Source: Octopus vulgaris
Taxonomy: Eukaryota
Direction: 5' to 3'
Assembly: GCA_951406725.2 (NCBI GenBank)
Contig: OX597828.1
Coordinates: forward strand, 55,614,001-55,678,000
Length of the DNA: 64,000 bases
Under the pieces are notes generated by a model. The model was not told the origin of the DNA, did no database searches, and worked only from the letters and a program-made list of their open reading frames with translations. Both the position numbers and the translations under genes were made by a program. Shown in pieces: positions 39,374 through 54,604 of the stretch (position 1 is its first letter; each line of letters begins with the position of its first letter).

Positions 39374-40129
39374 GTTCACACACATATAGACACGTATGCA
39401 TGTGTATGTGTGAGAGTTGTGGTGTGCGTTTACATAACATACATATAAATACTCAGACAAATATGTAGGTGTGTGTGTATGTATATATATATATATATGT
39501 GTGTGTGTGTTTGTGTGTGTATACGCACACACACACATATACATATATAATATCACACACTGAGAGAGAGGAGGCTGAGTGAGTGAGAGAAGAGAGAGAG
39601 AGAAACAGAGAAAATGAGAAAGAAAAAGAAAGAAAAAAAGAAAGAAAGAGAGACAGAAAGAAGGAAAGAAAGAGAGAGAGAGAGAGAAAAGATGAATGAT
39701 AACAATCAGTCACCTGACTTTTGTGATGTTTTTGCTAATCTTAATACACCAAAATAATTCAGACAGACACCGCAACTGTAGTGTACTAGTGGCACCGACA
39801 TTTCGACCAGAAGACCCCGCCCATTTCCAAACATTACCATATTTAGTCAATCCCCTTCTCCTTTCACTTCAAAATCCATATATTTACTTGTTCTGCTACC
39901 TCTACTTCTTCCCTATAATACGTATCACGGTTTTTACCTCCCGACCACCACGACCACCACCTTCGATTTCCTCTCACTTCCTCTGACACTTTGCTCTCCC
40001 TCTTTCTCTTAGCTTCTCTTTTCACTGCTACTTTCACTTTCTTTATACGGTTTGTTCGTCTTGTCTTATTTTTGTTCACTACTTCTCATTGAAACCTTTT
40101 ATTTCTCTCTCTGCCTGCCTGCCTGTCTC

Positions 40130-40163
<34 letters not shown>

Positions 40164-40703
40164 ACTGTGCTTGTGTCTCTCTGTCTGCCTGTCTCTCTGT
40201 CTGCCTGTCTCTCTGTCTGCCTGTCTCTCTGTCTGCCTGTCTCTCTTTCTCTCTCGTCTTAAACACGTTTCATCAACTCCTCTTCGCTTACTCTCTTTTC
40301 TCTCTTCCGCCATATATACTCATATCATCGCGTAACCCTATCAATATTTTATTTCCCGTTTCACACCTTTCCTTCTTTTCTTTCTTTCTTCCTTCATTGC
40401 TTTCTTCTTTCCACTTTTCTCTGTTTCCTTCTGCTTTCCTTTCCTTTCTCCCTTCCTTCCTTCCGTCCTTTCAATCATTCTGTATTTTTCATTTATTTCT
40501 TCCACACCTTTTTTTTTTTAATCACCATTCAGTTGAAGATTATGGGTTGATAATAACCGTATGATGATGTTGACCAAGTTGCTGTTCTTGATGATGATGA
40601 TGATGATGATGAGGGTGAGGGGGTGGAGGAGGAAAAGGATAAGAAAGAGGGATCATATGGCAGTCCCCTTCTTCCTGCTCCCAATCTTCTTCCTCTTCCT
40701 TCC

Positions 40704-40739
<36 letters not shown>

Positions 40740-40972
40740 CGCCATTGTCATAAGGCAATCACCATGATTTCTCTTTGTCTGTCTATTAATCTATCTATCC
40801 ATCTCTACAAGCCAATCACTCTCTCTTTCTCTCTCTCTCTCCTCCCCCCTCTCTCTGACACTAATTGATTCTATTTTTGTCTTCTATTAGAGAACAAATA
40901 CTATCACTTTAAACAAAATGAATAAACACAAGCACACACATACACACACGCATATGTACCCGTATATATGTG

Positions 40973-41013
<41 letters not shown>

Positions 41014-41343
41014 GTGTGTGTGTGTATCAATGTAGTCTAGTGTTTATCACTCTGTGTGTGGTTGTGTGCCTGTGCGTACGTCTGTATATGTGTGTATGCA
41101 TGAGTATACGCACCCACGCACACGCACACGCACCCACCCAACCTCACGCACCCCACGCACCCCTCCCCACCACAGTCCCCAAAATTTCAGGCCTTGTGCA
41201 GAGAACAGAAAGGAAATAATCTCAATCAGATTAGTTTCAATTCACTGCTGCTCTCTCTCTCAATGTCTCTCTCTCAGTTTGTCTGTCTGTCACTCTCTCT
41301 CTCAATGTCTCTCTCTCTCTCTCCCTCCGTTTCCAACGCGCAG

Positions 41344-41344
<1 letters not shown>

Positions 41345-41411
<67 letters not shown>

Positions 41412-41420
41412 ACACATACA

Positions 41421-41481
<61 letters not shown>

Positions 41482-41498
41482 ATACACACACACATACA

Positions 41499-41537
<39 letters not shown>

Positions 41538-41949
41538 ACACACACACACACATACACACTGATACAGACACACGTACATATTCACTTCAGGCACATTTGC
41601 TTGTTTGAATATGTTTATCCGATCGAACAGTTTCACTCACCCACTCACTCGTCACTCAATCATTCGGTCACTCATCCACTCACTCACTCACTCACTCACT
41701 CACTCACTCACTCACTCATTCAATCACACAATCACTCACGCACATAATCATTCACTCACTCGTCACTCAATCACACACTCACTCTTCCACTCACACACGC
41801 ACTCATTCACTCACTCATCCACTCCCTCACTCACTCACTCACTCACTCACTCACTCACTCACTCAATCACACACTCACTCTTCCACTCACACACGCACTC
41901 ATTCACTCACTCAGTGACACGTTACTTCCGCACAGCAATAAACCTCGGT

Positions 41950-42017
<68 letters not shown>

Positions 42018-42067
42018 ATCTATCTATCTATCTCTCTTATCTATCTATCTATCTGTCTATCTAACAA

Positions 42068-42118
<51 letters not shown>

Positions 42119-42230
42119 CTGCCTATCTGTCTGTCTGTCTGTCTATCTGTCTATCTGTCTATCTGTATGTCTATCCATGTGTCTATCTCTCGTCTTTCAG
42201 TGTGTGTGTATGTGTGTGTGTGTCTGTCTG
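41345..42230. repeat. Compound (CA)n, (CACT)n, (TCTA)n, (TC)n, (TA)n microsatellite block
   Basis: Direct read; explains the 184-aa and 233-aa low-complexity ORFs. Confidence 0.95.
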
Positions 42231-42424
42231 TTTGTCTGAGGTTTGTCAGCCGATTTTCATTTTGTATATCAGTGTATCCAATTCCTCGCTTCAATGTGTG
42301 TGTTGACACCGACATCCACCAACACACACACTCATTTACACATTAGTATTTGTACATACACATCATCTATCTATCTATCTATCTATCGATCGATCAATCA
42401 ATTTGTTCCCCTCTCGATATATGC

Positions 42425-42473
<49 letters not shown>

Positions 42474-42485
42474 CACACATGCACA

Positions 42486-42532
<47 letters not shown>

Positions 42533-43725
42533 ATATATACCTTACTGAGTAACATGTTCCCCATTCGCACCGGTTCGCTCGAATCGTTTGTTCGAATGAA
42601 ATACAGAAAGCGTTTCTCATAGCTTACTTTATACAATTATTTATTTATATTTTTACTCATTTATTTATTCTTGCCGCTGAAGAGTGGCCTACTCAGAAGA
42701 GGACATTATATAATTCACGTCACAGACTTGTTTTACAACGATTTCAGATGTCCCTTTAAAGTTTTCCAGTGACAGTTAATCAATAGCCTCTGCGGAGAAT
42801 TTTCAAATTTAATAATAATTTCGGAATATTTGTGAAGATTATTTGCCGTGATGATAGCAAGAAATGTACATACGTGTTTCATTGTAAGCGTGTTTGTATG
42901 TGTGTGTATATACATACATACACACACACATATATATATATATATAATTAGTGGAAGAGCTATACGTGAGCTACTTCAAGTTTCATGCTTGGATAGCGCA
43001 ATTATCGGACGGATTTGCATAACGTGCTATGCACTATCCCTCCTTATGTCATTTTTGTTACATGACACCACGATTCTACATATATTCTTCTCTCTTTCCT
43101 TCTCTGTCTCCCCCTCTATCTTCTCCTCTCTCACATATAAACACGCACAACCGCAAGCTGGTAGATTACTTAATCTTTTCGTTCGTCCCCGAGGAACAAG
43201 TTTAAGAATCTTTATCTTGTAATTACACTCTGCACAATTACCGTTGTGTCAAGCATCATAGTTAAATGAAGTAGTAATAAGTTAAAGTGGAATAGTCATT
43301 TACTATTAATTATACATTTTATTGGAATGATATAACCGATTACGTGCTATTACGTAAAGTTAGTGTTTCTAATATTATGGCGTATTGAGACCTGAGTTGA
43401 TTAGACCATAACATCTGAGTACTAATTATAGAATGTTCCAGCATTTTTTCCCGCCTATATTTGAGTCATTGGTCTTGTTACTTTAAGCATACAAACCTTC
43501 TTAAGAATTTTTTTTAATTTACAAAGGCAGTGAAGGGACCTTTATATAATTGCTCGAATTGAGAGAAGCAGCAGTCAAATATCTCTCAAAAGCTGTTTTG
43601 AATAACGAAGTATATATTGACGTTTAAGTCCATTGTATACAGGACTGAAAAGTGATACTTACAGATGGTAAAATTTTGCTTATAGGTCTCCATCGTCAGC
43701 ACTAATACAGCAGCAACAAGAAAGT

Positions 43726-44092
43726 GGAGGCGCAATAGCCCAGTGGTTAGGGTAGCAGACTCGCAGTCGGAGGATCGTGGTTTCGATTCCCAGACCGGGC
43801 GTTGTGTGTATTTATTGAGCAAAAACACCTAAAGCTCCACGCGGCTCCGACAGGGGGGTGGTAGCGACCCCTGTTGTACTCTTTCGCTCCAACTTTCTCT
43901 CACTCTCTCTTCCTTTTTCTTGTCCCCGACTTCCTACGCAACCGCTGAGCCTGGATACGCATTCATCCATCCGTCGATGCTCTCGGTGTCGGGGGTTGAC
44001 CTGCTTTCTCTTCTGCGGGTCTTACGAATAGCAAAGGACCATGATTAGGACTTCTCCCATCTTGCGAGCTCTGGGACGACGACCGTTCACTC
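43726..44092 (+). mobile_element. tRNA-derived SINE family B, full length
   Basis: ggaggcgcaatagcccagtggttag…gtttcgattccc; (CAA/CAG)n tail to ~44153. Confidence 0.9.
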
Positions 44093-44489
44093 AACAGCAA
44101 CAACAGCAGTAGCAACAACAGCGGCAGCAGCTGCAAGAGAAGCAGTAGCAACAATAAACATCGTGTAGATCATATGCTGTTTCTATAACTAGGCGAGGAA
44201 AGGTATGGCTCGAACCCATATCAGAATGTTTGCAACTGCGGGCAGTTTATAGGATTACTAACCGTGTATTTTGTGCAGAAGACTTGACTAATGTTACTAG
44301 TGATATATCCATATAATAGATATCTATGTAAATGTTGGTTGGCTGATTATTCTAGTTAAAGAGAGAAAGCGAGAGAAAGGAAGAGAGAGAGAGGGGGGAG
44401 AGTGTGTAGGTGAGAGAAGGGAGAGAGAAACAAAGATACTGATAGGGTCAACATATGAGGTGCATAATGAGTGCACACACTAGGCTTGA

Positions 44490-44835
44490 TAGCTGGCAAT
44501 AACACAAAAGAAATTTGGAAAATGTGGAACCTCAAGACTAAAACAATACCTGTGGTCATAAGTGCCCTAAGAATGATAGCAAATGGGGCTGATTCACCTA
44601 GCTCAGATACCAAGAAATCCTAAAATGGAAGAAATTAAAAAAAGAAACAATGCTAACCTCACCTGCTTTTTTTTTTGCAGGGCCTCACCTGCAAGGTCAT
44701 GTTCTATTTATCTTGATATGAGATCACTATGTCGCGCGCATATGCTTGTGATGCATGTGCCTTGAGTAGCTTTATCAGAAAAGTAGTCATGATTGGGCTT
44801 CGTCACTTTGACGGCATGCGCTGCTCTCTCACTCA
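44490..44835 (+). mobile_element. R4/Dong-like LINE 3' end (endonuclease C-terminus plus 3' UTR)
   Basis: Translates EIWKMWNLKTKTIPVVISALRMI…AQIPRNPKMEEI; followed by the UTR shared with ~21440-21620. Confidence 0.75.
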
Positions 44836-44869
44836 CCAAGGTTAATTATAATAAAAGGAATAAAATCCA

Positions 44870-45160
44870 AATAGTTAATACATGGGTGATAGCATCACAT
44901 TGCTTTGACCTGGAATCATAAAATGGCAACAGAAAGAACTGATGAATGTGGATAGGAATAGAAGAAAAGTATTGACAATACACGGAACCTTCCACCCTGA
45001 GAGTAACATCGATAGGCTGTACTTGTTCAGAAGATATAGTGGAGGAGGTTTGATATGTTCCCAGGATTGTATCGAAGCATAGGAAAACAGCTTAGGGTGG
45101 TGTGTAAATTATACCATGGAGCCATTGTTGAAACATGTGAAGAAGGCTGGCTCCATTATA
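44870..45160 (+). mobile_element. R4/Dong-like LINE RT thumb-region fragment
   Basis: Translates GIIKWQQKELMNVDRNRRKVLTIHGTFHPESNIDRLYLFRRYSGGGLI, matching the HP..D.DRLY..R..GG.GL motif. Confidence 0.8.
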
Positions 45161-45169
45161 AGTGATAAT

Positions 45170-45520
45170 TGTCTTTACGTTCTGAGTTCAAATTCCGCTG
45201 AGGTCAACTTTGCCTTCCATCTTTTGGGGTTGATAAAGTAAATACCAGTGGTACACTGGGGCCGATGTAATTACATTACCATGTTCCTAGGAGCCTCTTG
45301 CCTTTCGCCACAGTTTAAAACTAATCATAATAATTCTCTCTAAATTTAGCAGAAGAGGAAGGGGCAAGAAGTTTACATCGACCGCTGTGCTAGAACTCCG
45401 AAAGAATGAAAGACAGTTGACCTCGCTTGAATTTGAAATGAGAAAGTTATGGGCCGGAAGAAATGCCGCTAAGCATGTTGTTCGATGCTCTAGAAAATTC
45501 TTATAATCCACCATCTTTCT
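45170..45520. mobile_element. Two partial SINE family A copies in opposite orientation
   Basis: Core at 45170-45275 (+) and 45370-45520 (-). Confidence 0.7.
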
Positions 45521-45917
45521 TGCTTAGAAAATAACAAATATCATTTTTGTTGATATCATTTCTTTATCTTATTTTCCGGTATTTCTATGGAGAATGTCAA
45601 ACTGTCTTCTGTTATTGCCAACCAATATTACTATCAACAGTTTAGAATGTCAAATATTAAATTCAAAAAAGTAAATGAATAAATAAATAAACGAAAAATA
45701 TAAAAAGTAAATCAAAATAAATATGATGACGTCAAGACAGAAATGATTTTAACTGAGTAATGATATTTGTCCCAAGATATTATCTTGTCAGCTATGATCC
45801 GTTACCTTTATTGAATTTTAAATAGATTTTTCAGTCATTCTAATTTTTTGCTTTTTTTTTACCTCTCACTGCCTTTCTGTTTATAGATACAAAACGAGAG
45901 TGTCTGTGAGAGAAAAA

Positions 45918-45966
<49 letters not shown>

Positions 45967-46536
45967 TTATGTTTTTCTCTTCCTATCTGTTCTGTTTTTT
46001 ATCTCCATTGTATATACATTTCCTCTTTGTATTTCTGTCTGTCTGTACACGTTTCTTCCGTTTCTCTTTCTTTTGTCCTTGCTCTCTTTTTCGCTTTCTT
46101 TCTTTCTTTTTCCCTCCCCACCTCGCTCCCTTCTATTTCTATCTGCCAACATGGTTGAACATCGTTTGAGAAATATTAATCAACGTTTTCTTTTCTCCTT
46201 TTTTTTTTTTTTTGTTATTGTCATTAACTGATTATGCATATTCTCTTTTTGGAACTTGCAATTTAATTATTATCTTTATTATATACCATTGTGTGATGGT
46301 CTGCTGAGAAGCTTAACACCTATCACTTGCAACGTCTTCATTTTTTTTTCTCGCTTAAAAACAGAAGACAAAATAACAAACCCCTCAGCAACTTAAAGGA
46401 AGTACAGGAAATGAGTTAACAAACCTAATTAGTAGGATATTAAACGAAAAACTCCAAACACTCACCTTTACCGATAGAATAATGTTTTAGAGAAACCAGT
46501 GTCTTACTAGAAATAGTATATCAATTTGACGAAATT

Positions 46537-47045
46537 AAGGGTCTGGTAACCTTCGCGTTCGGGCGCAATTGCACCTGCGAGTCCATTTTATTGCGCCCGC
46601 AGGCTGGTATATTCGTATGTACAAAATATAGTAAATTTGTCAATCATAAAATTTATACAGTATTCGTATACCTATTTGCGACATGGGTCGTGTTTCCACT
46701 ACGACTGAAAACAGTTGGACTCGAATAGAAAATTACCATTTGAATGGAAAGTTTGTTTTCACTATAAAACACATATTGCTATGTTTGTACCACCCTCTTG
46801 ACACTCAGCTAGACTTTCGCTGAAAATATAGACTACCTCATAAGTAATATAAACGTCCTAAATCCAGTGGCGGCGTTAATGAAGATGTTACGCGTCACAT
46901 TAATGTGCTAAGTTAATGTATATCTATTTATACATAGTTATATACAAGATTTACACAGATATAAGAGTTAGAACTATTGATAGCCCGCGGACCTTTTTCT
47001 TTGGAAATTTTTGCCCACCACGCTAAAAAATTTTCCCCACCCCTG
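46537..47045. mobile_element. hAT-type MITE
   Basis: Termini aagggtctggtaac… and …ttttccccacccctg (CAGGG-type TIR), subterminal gcccgc motifs at both ends; TSD imperfect. Confidence 0.55.
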
Positions 47046-47394
47046 GTTAAATTATACTTACGTCGAATATCGTGCTGTTAGACCTGTATATAAATATATT
47101 GTCGTTGAATATCGTATTTATAAGCTCGAGTGTGAATCATGTTGATTTTGAATATTGCATTTAACGCCATGACTTTCAATTATATTCACAGTGAATATCG
47201 CGTTATGTAAACCTGAGCTCAGATTGTGTTCACGTTGATTAAGCATTTTCATATTCCATAGACAATAAAATATATGTAACAGTAATATATTGAGGATGAA
47301 CCACTAGTAAACTGAAATAAATACTTATATATAAAAAACAGTGATGCTGGTGGAGGTGGTAAAGGTTAACTTGCATAGTTTTAAAAACATATTA

Positions 47395-48205
47395 CATGTG
47401 TGCAGTCAGTCGTGAGTTTAACGGTTCGGTTTTGTAACCTTGTTCTTTTTGAGTTCTGTCCCATTTCTGTGGCGAAAAGTACTCCTCCAATACTGTTCTA
47501 GCCTCGTCTACAGAATTCATATCTTTTCTGTCCGAATGATTTTGCAGACTACTGAATAAATGGTAATCAAACAGGGCAATGTCCATTCAAACCGCACCAG
47601 GCCTAGAAATATCCTCACTGTATGTGGCCGAGTAATATCCTGTCGGAAGAAGACTTTTAGTCCTGAAACGAAAGTTGGTCGTTTTTCTTCTAGCGCTGAC
47701 TTAAGCCTCTCGCAGTTGATCTCCTTTGTCATCGTTTAGTTTGGGTTTAAAAGTTCAAAATAAACTAAGCCTTTCATATTCCACCAAACAGATAACAAAC
47801 ACCTTACATTGGTGAAGATCTTCTTTAGCCTGGGGTACCGGTGTTTCTCCTTTCCCTACACACTGTCTTCAAAGCATGACATTTATATAGAGAACCCATT
47901 TCTCGTCACCAGTCACTATTCGGTCCCAAAAAGGTTCACTGGTGAAACGTAACAGTACAAAGAAGAACACACATTCATCCTCTGCATGCGATTAGACTCG
48001 GAAAGTTTGTGAGGAATACACTAAGACAATTTGCTGACTTTTCCAATGGTACGCAGGTGTCGATGAACGGTTGAATGACCAAATCGAAGCTTCTCTGCTA
48101 ATTCCTGAACAGTTACGATAGAATTTTGTTCCACCAGGTTTTGCAGGACGTCCTCGTCGAGCTCTACAGATCTTCCAGAACGAGGCTCGTCTTCTATGCT
48201 CTGTT
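47395..48205 (-). mobile_element. Decayed mariner transposase
   Basis: Minus-strand motifs EDEPRSGR, DRIVTGDEKW, FFRQDITRPH and DIALFDYHLF (cf. mariner YSPDLAPSDYHLF); frameshifts and stops. Confidence 0.9.
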
Positions 48206-48634
48206 TACTATTCTTTTTTCACCATTTCGTCTGTTTACGTCTAATACTGTTTGAAACAAATTGTCAAATTTTATAAACCATAATTAATTTGCTAATAGGT
48301 TTTGGTTATTGTCAAGTAGTTTAGGATCATTCAATAACATGTTTAATCGTGTTTAGTCAAACCTAGTTTTAGAGTCGTTTTAAAGATTCTAAGCCGAAGA
48401 TTGCTTTGAACACCAACGCCTGAAAAAGCTACTAAGTAGATAGGTATGGCAGCGGAAACCAGAGTACGTTGGTTGTAGTTGAGAAAAGATCACAAATCTT
48501 CTATTAGTGAGGGGTATTTCGCCCCACGCAGGAGAAGAGTACGAGCTAAGGAGTAAAACACTTGTGATTCTGAGAAATTGGGTTTAATGACCACCAGAAA
48601 AAGCGCATGTAATATGTCAAGAGTAACTCAAAGA

Positions 48635-48940
48635 TGATGAGCTGGTAGGAACGTTAGCACGCCGGGCGAAATGCGTAGCCGTATATCGTCTGTCGTTAGG
48701 TTCTGAGTTCAAATTCCGCCGAGGTCGACTTTGCCTTTCATCCTTTCGGGGTCGATAACTTAAGTACCAGTTACGTACTGGGCTTTGTGCCTAGAGTATA
48801 AAAGTTATAATTCCTTCATGATCGACTTTGATATTCATCCCTTTGGGGTCGATAAAATAAGTACTAGTTAAGTAGTAGTAGAAGCAATAGACTTACCCTC
48901 TGTCCCGAACTTGCCGTCCTTGTGCAAAAATTGGAAACCG
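48635..48940 (+). mobile_element. Two SINE family A copies
   Basis: Family A head and core at 48635-48810, second core at 48820-48940. Confidence 0.85.
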
Positions 48941-49580
48941 ATATATCAAGAGTAAATCCCACAGTCTCTACGTTGGGCAAAACATCTCTAATGGTTAATT
49001 TACCTATAAATGTAGGCATACATGTAGATACATACGTACATATATACATAAATGCATATACACACACACATATACATACATGCAAATTTGGGTATATGTG
49101 TGCGTGCGCATGTGTGTGTATATACACGTGTATGTAAATAGGTGCGATACGTACACAATCAATAAAATAATGTATTTCTGTAGGTGTATGAGCAAGGAAA
49201 GCTAGCAATAATTGCTATATACTAATCGGAGAATTTTACCTCGCGTTCCCATGTTTCCCCAGCTAACTCTCATCAGCATAATTAAGCTGTCTTCGATGTA
49301 ATCAGGCTTACCACAAACTAGTTAAGTTGTTCTCGATGTAATCAAGCTGACAGCATTGTTACTGAACTCTTTTCTTTTTCTCAGTGGAACCAGAACAGTC
49401 TCAATTCGAGAAACTCACAATAACTTTCCAACCTTAATGAAACTAAAATGACACCTACGCTTAATTTCGGTTTCCTATACGTAACTGCAAGAAATTCAGG
49501 AAATCACGCACGAGCACAAGAGAGGAAGAGAGAACGATAGAGAGGAAGAGATAGAGCGAAGCAGAGAGAAGGAAAGTGAG

Positions 49581-49642
<62 letters not shown>

Positions 49643-50350
49643 AGAGAGAGAGGTAGGATGGAGATCAGTAAAAGCACATAGGAATTAGCAATATCCATAA
49701 AATAGTACTAATTTCTACTTTCAATTGCTTTAAAACTATTTCACTCTTATGATAAAAGGTTTGGATTGTTATATATAAATAAGGGAAATATATTAATATA
49801 AACAAATATAACGTATTTGCAACCTTTCCGCAGTATTTTTCACACATCCAAACATATATATGTATATATATTATTCATTCATGCAAATATACCCACACAC
49901 ACCTACGTATTTAGACATGGTTCAATATGATCTAGTGAGTGTACATATATGTGGCGGTGCTCCAGCATGGCCACAGCTTGTGAGCTGAAACTAGATAGAA
50001 TGAAAAATAAAATAAAATATACATTTATGTGTCTATGTCTATCAATGAGAGTTTGAGTGTGCGGCTGCAAATATCTACATCTGATATATCTGTAAACTAA
50101 TCACAATTTCATTTTGCTTCCTAACACGCCACTTACTATATTCTATGTTACATGTTCCTTCCTCTTTTAATTATTTTTGCTAATCCCGCTATTTATTCAA
50201 AAGTATTCACTGATAATCAACCATACATCATACACCAATATATAACAGTTGCAAAATCATCTATCTAGTCTTTCTCTGTACATTCACGTTTCTGTATATG
50301 TATGTATGTATGTATCTATGTACATAAATACACTTATATGTATGTGTATG

Positions 50351-50351
<1 letters not shown>

Positions 50352-50431
<80 letters not shown>

Positions 50432-50603
50432 GTATATATAATATATATATATATGTATATATACGTATATATGCATATATATATATATGTATATATATAC
50501 GTATATATGTATATATATATATATATACGCATATATGCATATATATATACACGTATATATGCATATATATATATATATATATATATATACACGTATATAT
50601 GCA

Positions 50604-50655
<52 letters not shown>

Positions 50656-50735
50656 TATATATACATATATATATGCATATATACATATATATATATATAT
50701 ATGCATATATATATATATATATATATATATGCATA
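50352..50735. repeat. (TC)n-(TA)n compound microsatellite
   Basis: Direct read. Confidence 0.95.
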
Positions 50736-53039
50736 TTCATATTCATTTACAATAGTCATTTTGGTCCTCTCAGCACAACACACACAAACGACAGAGATTA
50801 AGCTGAGCAAATATTTTACCAAAGATATGAATTAAAAATGCGAGCAAACATGTCTACTTTTAACTAAAAACAAAAAGCCACAGTAAAAACAATACATAGT
50901 GTTTAGCCCATCCACTTCACATCACTCAGTCAATCGATAAAATCAATAACTAGGCGTAGTAGAACACCTTTTTTGATATAACACCTTGCAATCAGTGCAT
51001 AGATACTTAAAGCGTTGTGATTCAATCGTCCCTACTTCTTCGCCACAATTACTGGCTTTCTGCCTGGTGAAAAGCGCTGAGTAACGCAACATGTAAGCTT
51101 TCTGTGAATATATATATATAACTCGAGCGGGTTTCTATCAAGATAGGTGAAGTCAATTTATTTTCAGTATTCTGATGATGACAATGGTAAAGAAAAAATA
51201 GCGTACAGCAATGCTTAATTGATTTTCGTGTATTGTATATCTAGGCCAACTCCGATCGAGGTGATTTCAAGCATGCATTAGATGCAACCAGGAAGACAGG
51301 CGCACTCAACAAAACTGTTGATCTGCTTATGTCATGGGGCAGTAAGGCTTAAAGCCTTTCTTCTGTCCTGGACATGCGGCGATCAATCACGCAGGTTGTA
51401 GTGTCGGTGTTTTGACATGTAGAAGAAACAACTATGCGATTGCTGATGAATTAAAATTAGCGGTTTAATCTTCACAATTTTTCTGTGCTTTGATTCTTTT
51501 ATCTCGTGGGAAGGCAAATAGTACCCTTGTCCCTTGAAGGGCTACTGAGAATGGCAAAAGCAATGCATAAAATGTTTAGCTTGTTTCTCATAGAAAAATA
51601 TGAGCAATAAGGGAAATCTAGTGAGCTAGTTGTGGAAACCAAACATTGCATCGTTGTTTTCTAGAATTTGGATTGGTAGAATAACTAGAGAAAAAATTGG
51701 GTGAGGGCGTGAGTTAGTGGAAGTATTCCTCTTTTAAATCTCTTAACCAGTGGGGAAGGCAGTGCCTATGATCTATAATATAGCCTAGTGGTGGAAGGAC
51801 GATATCCTCAAACGGGAAACCTGATCCGAAAGCTGTGCTCGCGACAAGACAGAGAGGAAACTAGAGAGAGACAGATCTTTCTAGAACAACACTGCCATTC
51901 CATTTGATCTGATCTGATCGCACGAAGTGCAAATCTCTTTTTAGTTGTTCAGAGGGAATGTGAGTGGGTCTATGGCTGTAGTTGTGCAAATGAAGCTCAG
52001 CTCTAAGTCAAAAGGTGTGGAGTGCTCTTCATCACTGACATATTATTTCACTTTCAGTGGTAGCCAATGGCACTCACCACATATTTTGAACTCAAATTTA
52101 AACGTGCAGCGATATTGTTTAATGCTCTATTTTTAATTATTGGCAACCTCACTTCTCAGTGAATAACCCAACTCATTCTCGCCTTATATGTGTTCAATTC
52201 AGAACTGGAGCCCGTTCTGTCTAAGTTCCCGCGGATGTTGCAAATGAGTGACGTCTGTAACTGTTGTTTATGTTACTGAACTGGCTCAGCTTTTCTTCAT
52301 TATTCTGTCTCTGTAACTATTACTTCTCTTACTGTTGATTTGATGTTGTTGGTGTTGACGTTGTCGCTGTCATTTCATTCGACATTTTCTTGACATTCTC
52401 CAACATTTTGTTGTTGGTCGTGACAATGTTGACATATTTATCTTTACTTCTTTCCGCTGCATTATTTTTGTTCTTGTAGTTGTTATTTTTCTTCATGTGT
52501 TGTTTTTGCTACTACTGTTGCTATTGCAAGGGGTATTGATGATGGCGGTGGTAGTGGCATTGGTTACATTGGTAACGTTTTCCGAATCACTGCCTTGTCA
52601 AATCATAGCATTACTGACGCTCCTAGAAACAAAACATACTCACCTGATATTATATCTTTGCGAAATATCTTCGTAAGAAGCCATTTTTTTTTCTTTCGCT
52701 TTGACAAGAAAAATATTGAAAGTAGACAGCAACATTTCTATCGCCTCATATGTCAACGTTGCCTCCTACTGTTCCTCCAGCCACTCTTCTCTCTGAAAAC
52801 ATCAGATTTGCTGCAATTTTTATTAAAAAATATATAACCGCTGGTTTAAATGAAGTCACAAAACATCTGCGCCACCTCGTAATTAGGAGAAACACTCCAA
52901 GTTTTTTGAAAATCTTTTTTCTGTGAGAATGTTTTAAACAATGATAATGGGTGAAAATTCCATCATTCGCAAGAGAAATTCTTGCATTTTAAATTAAAAT
53001 GTATGGAGCTTAGACCTTTAAGACCTGACGAACTCTATT

Positions 53040-53049
53040 GTAATAATAA

Positions 53050-53109
<60 letters not shown>

Positions 53110-53334
53110 TAATCCTTTCTACAGTAGGCACAAGTCCTAAAATTTGAAGTTAGAGACTAAGCCAATTACATTGATCCCAGTGCGTGACTGGTACTTATTT
53201 TAGCGATCCCGAAAGGATGTCAGGTAAAGACAACCTCGGTGGAATGTGAGATCAGAACGAAGCGACGGGCGAAATAACGCTAAACATGTCTTTCAGCGTG
53301 CTTAGGATTCTGCCAGGAAGCCATCTTAATACTA

Positions 53335-53370
<36 letters not shown>

Positions 53371-53517
53371 GTGACAATTATAATAATAATAGTACTGCAG
53401 AAGGATGAAAGGTAAAGTCAGGCTGTGCAGAATTTGAATTCAGAGTGTGAAGACGGACGAAATGCCGCTAAACATTTCGTCAGGAGCGCTAATGATTCTA
53501 CCAGTTCCGCCGTTTTC

Positions 53518-53561
<44 letters not shown>

Positions 53562-53571
53562 TAATAATAAT

Positions 53572-53613
<42 letters not shown>

Positions 53614-53760
53614 TAATAATCATAATAATAATAATAATAATAATAATAATTTTACCTGTGAATTTGCGTGTGTAATCTGGGAATGCATACAATGAGCTTG
53701 TCTGCCCTAGGTTTACGGAAAACACTCGGCGAGAAACGGAAGAAAATTTTAAAAAAGAAG

Positions 53761-53803
<43 letters not shown>

Positions 53804-54020
53804 CTTTTTTTACTGTAGACAGAAGGCCTGAAAATTTAGGCGAGTGTAATAGACGATTACATCAATTCCATTGCTTGACAGGTACTTGTACTATGGACAC
53901 GGAAAGGATGAATGACAAAATCAGCCTCGCTTGAATTTTATCTCAACGTAAACACAGTCGAAATACCGCGAAGCATTTTGTCTGCCACGGTAACGATCCT
54001 GGTAGCTCGCCGCCTTAGTA
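53040..54020 (-). mobile_element. Three degenerate SINE family A copies interleaved with (TAA)n tracts
   Basis: Cores at 53115-53330, 53400-53515 and 53805-54020. Confidence 0.75.
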
Positions 54021-54604
54021 ATGATATTTGTGATAATAATGATGCAAATGTGTGTGTATGTGTGTATATGTACAACGGACTTCCATACAATTTACGTCTA
54101 CCAAATTCATTCAAAAGTTATTGAGGACATATAGTTGGAAAGGTTTTTCCAAGTCGACGTACAATGGGAAAGAACGAAACCGCGTGGTTAAATCATCATA
54201 TATATATATCTTCGCTTTAAAAATATGTGACAGGGGCGTGGAAATGCAATTGGGTCACGCTGTTGGACTTGTTTTATAGTTTGCCGAGAAATCACGTACT
54301 ATATTTTAGATTATCTACCGATGCCAAACTATGGAGGCAGACATGAACGCTCTTTGGTTAGCCTTCACGGAGAAACAAAACTTCTAGGAAAATCGTTTCC
54401 TGCATTTTTTCCACCGATTATGGTTTCACAGTGGGAAACGAACAGGCGTCTAACAAGCTGGGAGTTCACGCACATAAACACACACAAACACACATTCATA
54501 CATCCGAATGCGCACCTGATTAAATGTGTATGCATTTGTGCATGCTTATACGTGTGCATGTCTGTGAGCATATGTATCAATATACATATATAAATAATTG
54601 AATA

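Noticed and set aside
39696-39986. 96-aa ORF with hydrophobic N-terminus in unique sequence
   Set aside because: No recognisable domain and no convincing splice sites; flanked by low-complexity tracts
45727-45734. Perfect CRE palindrome TGACGTCA (also 3257-3264)
   Set aside because: One or two such 8-mers are expected by chance in 64 kb; no promoter context shown
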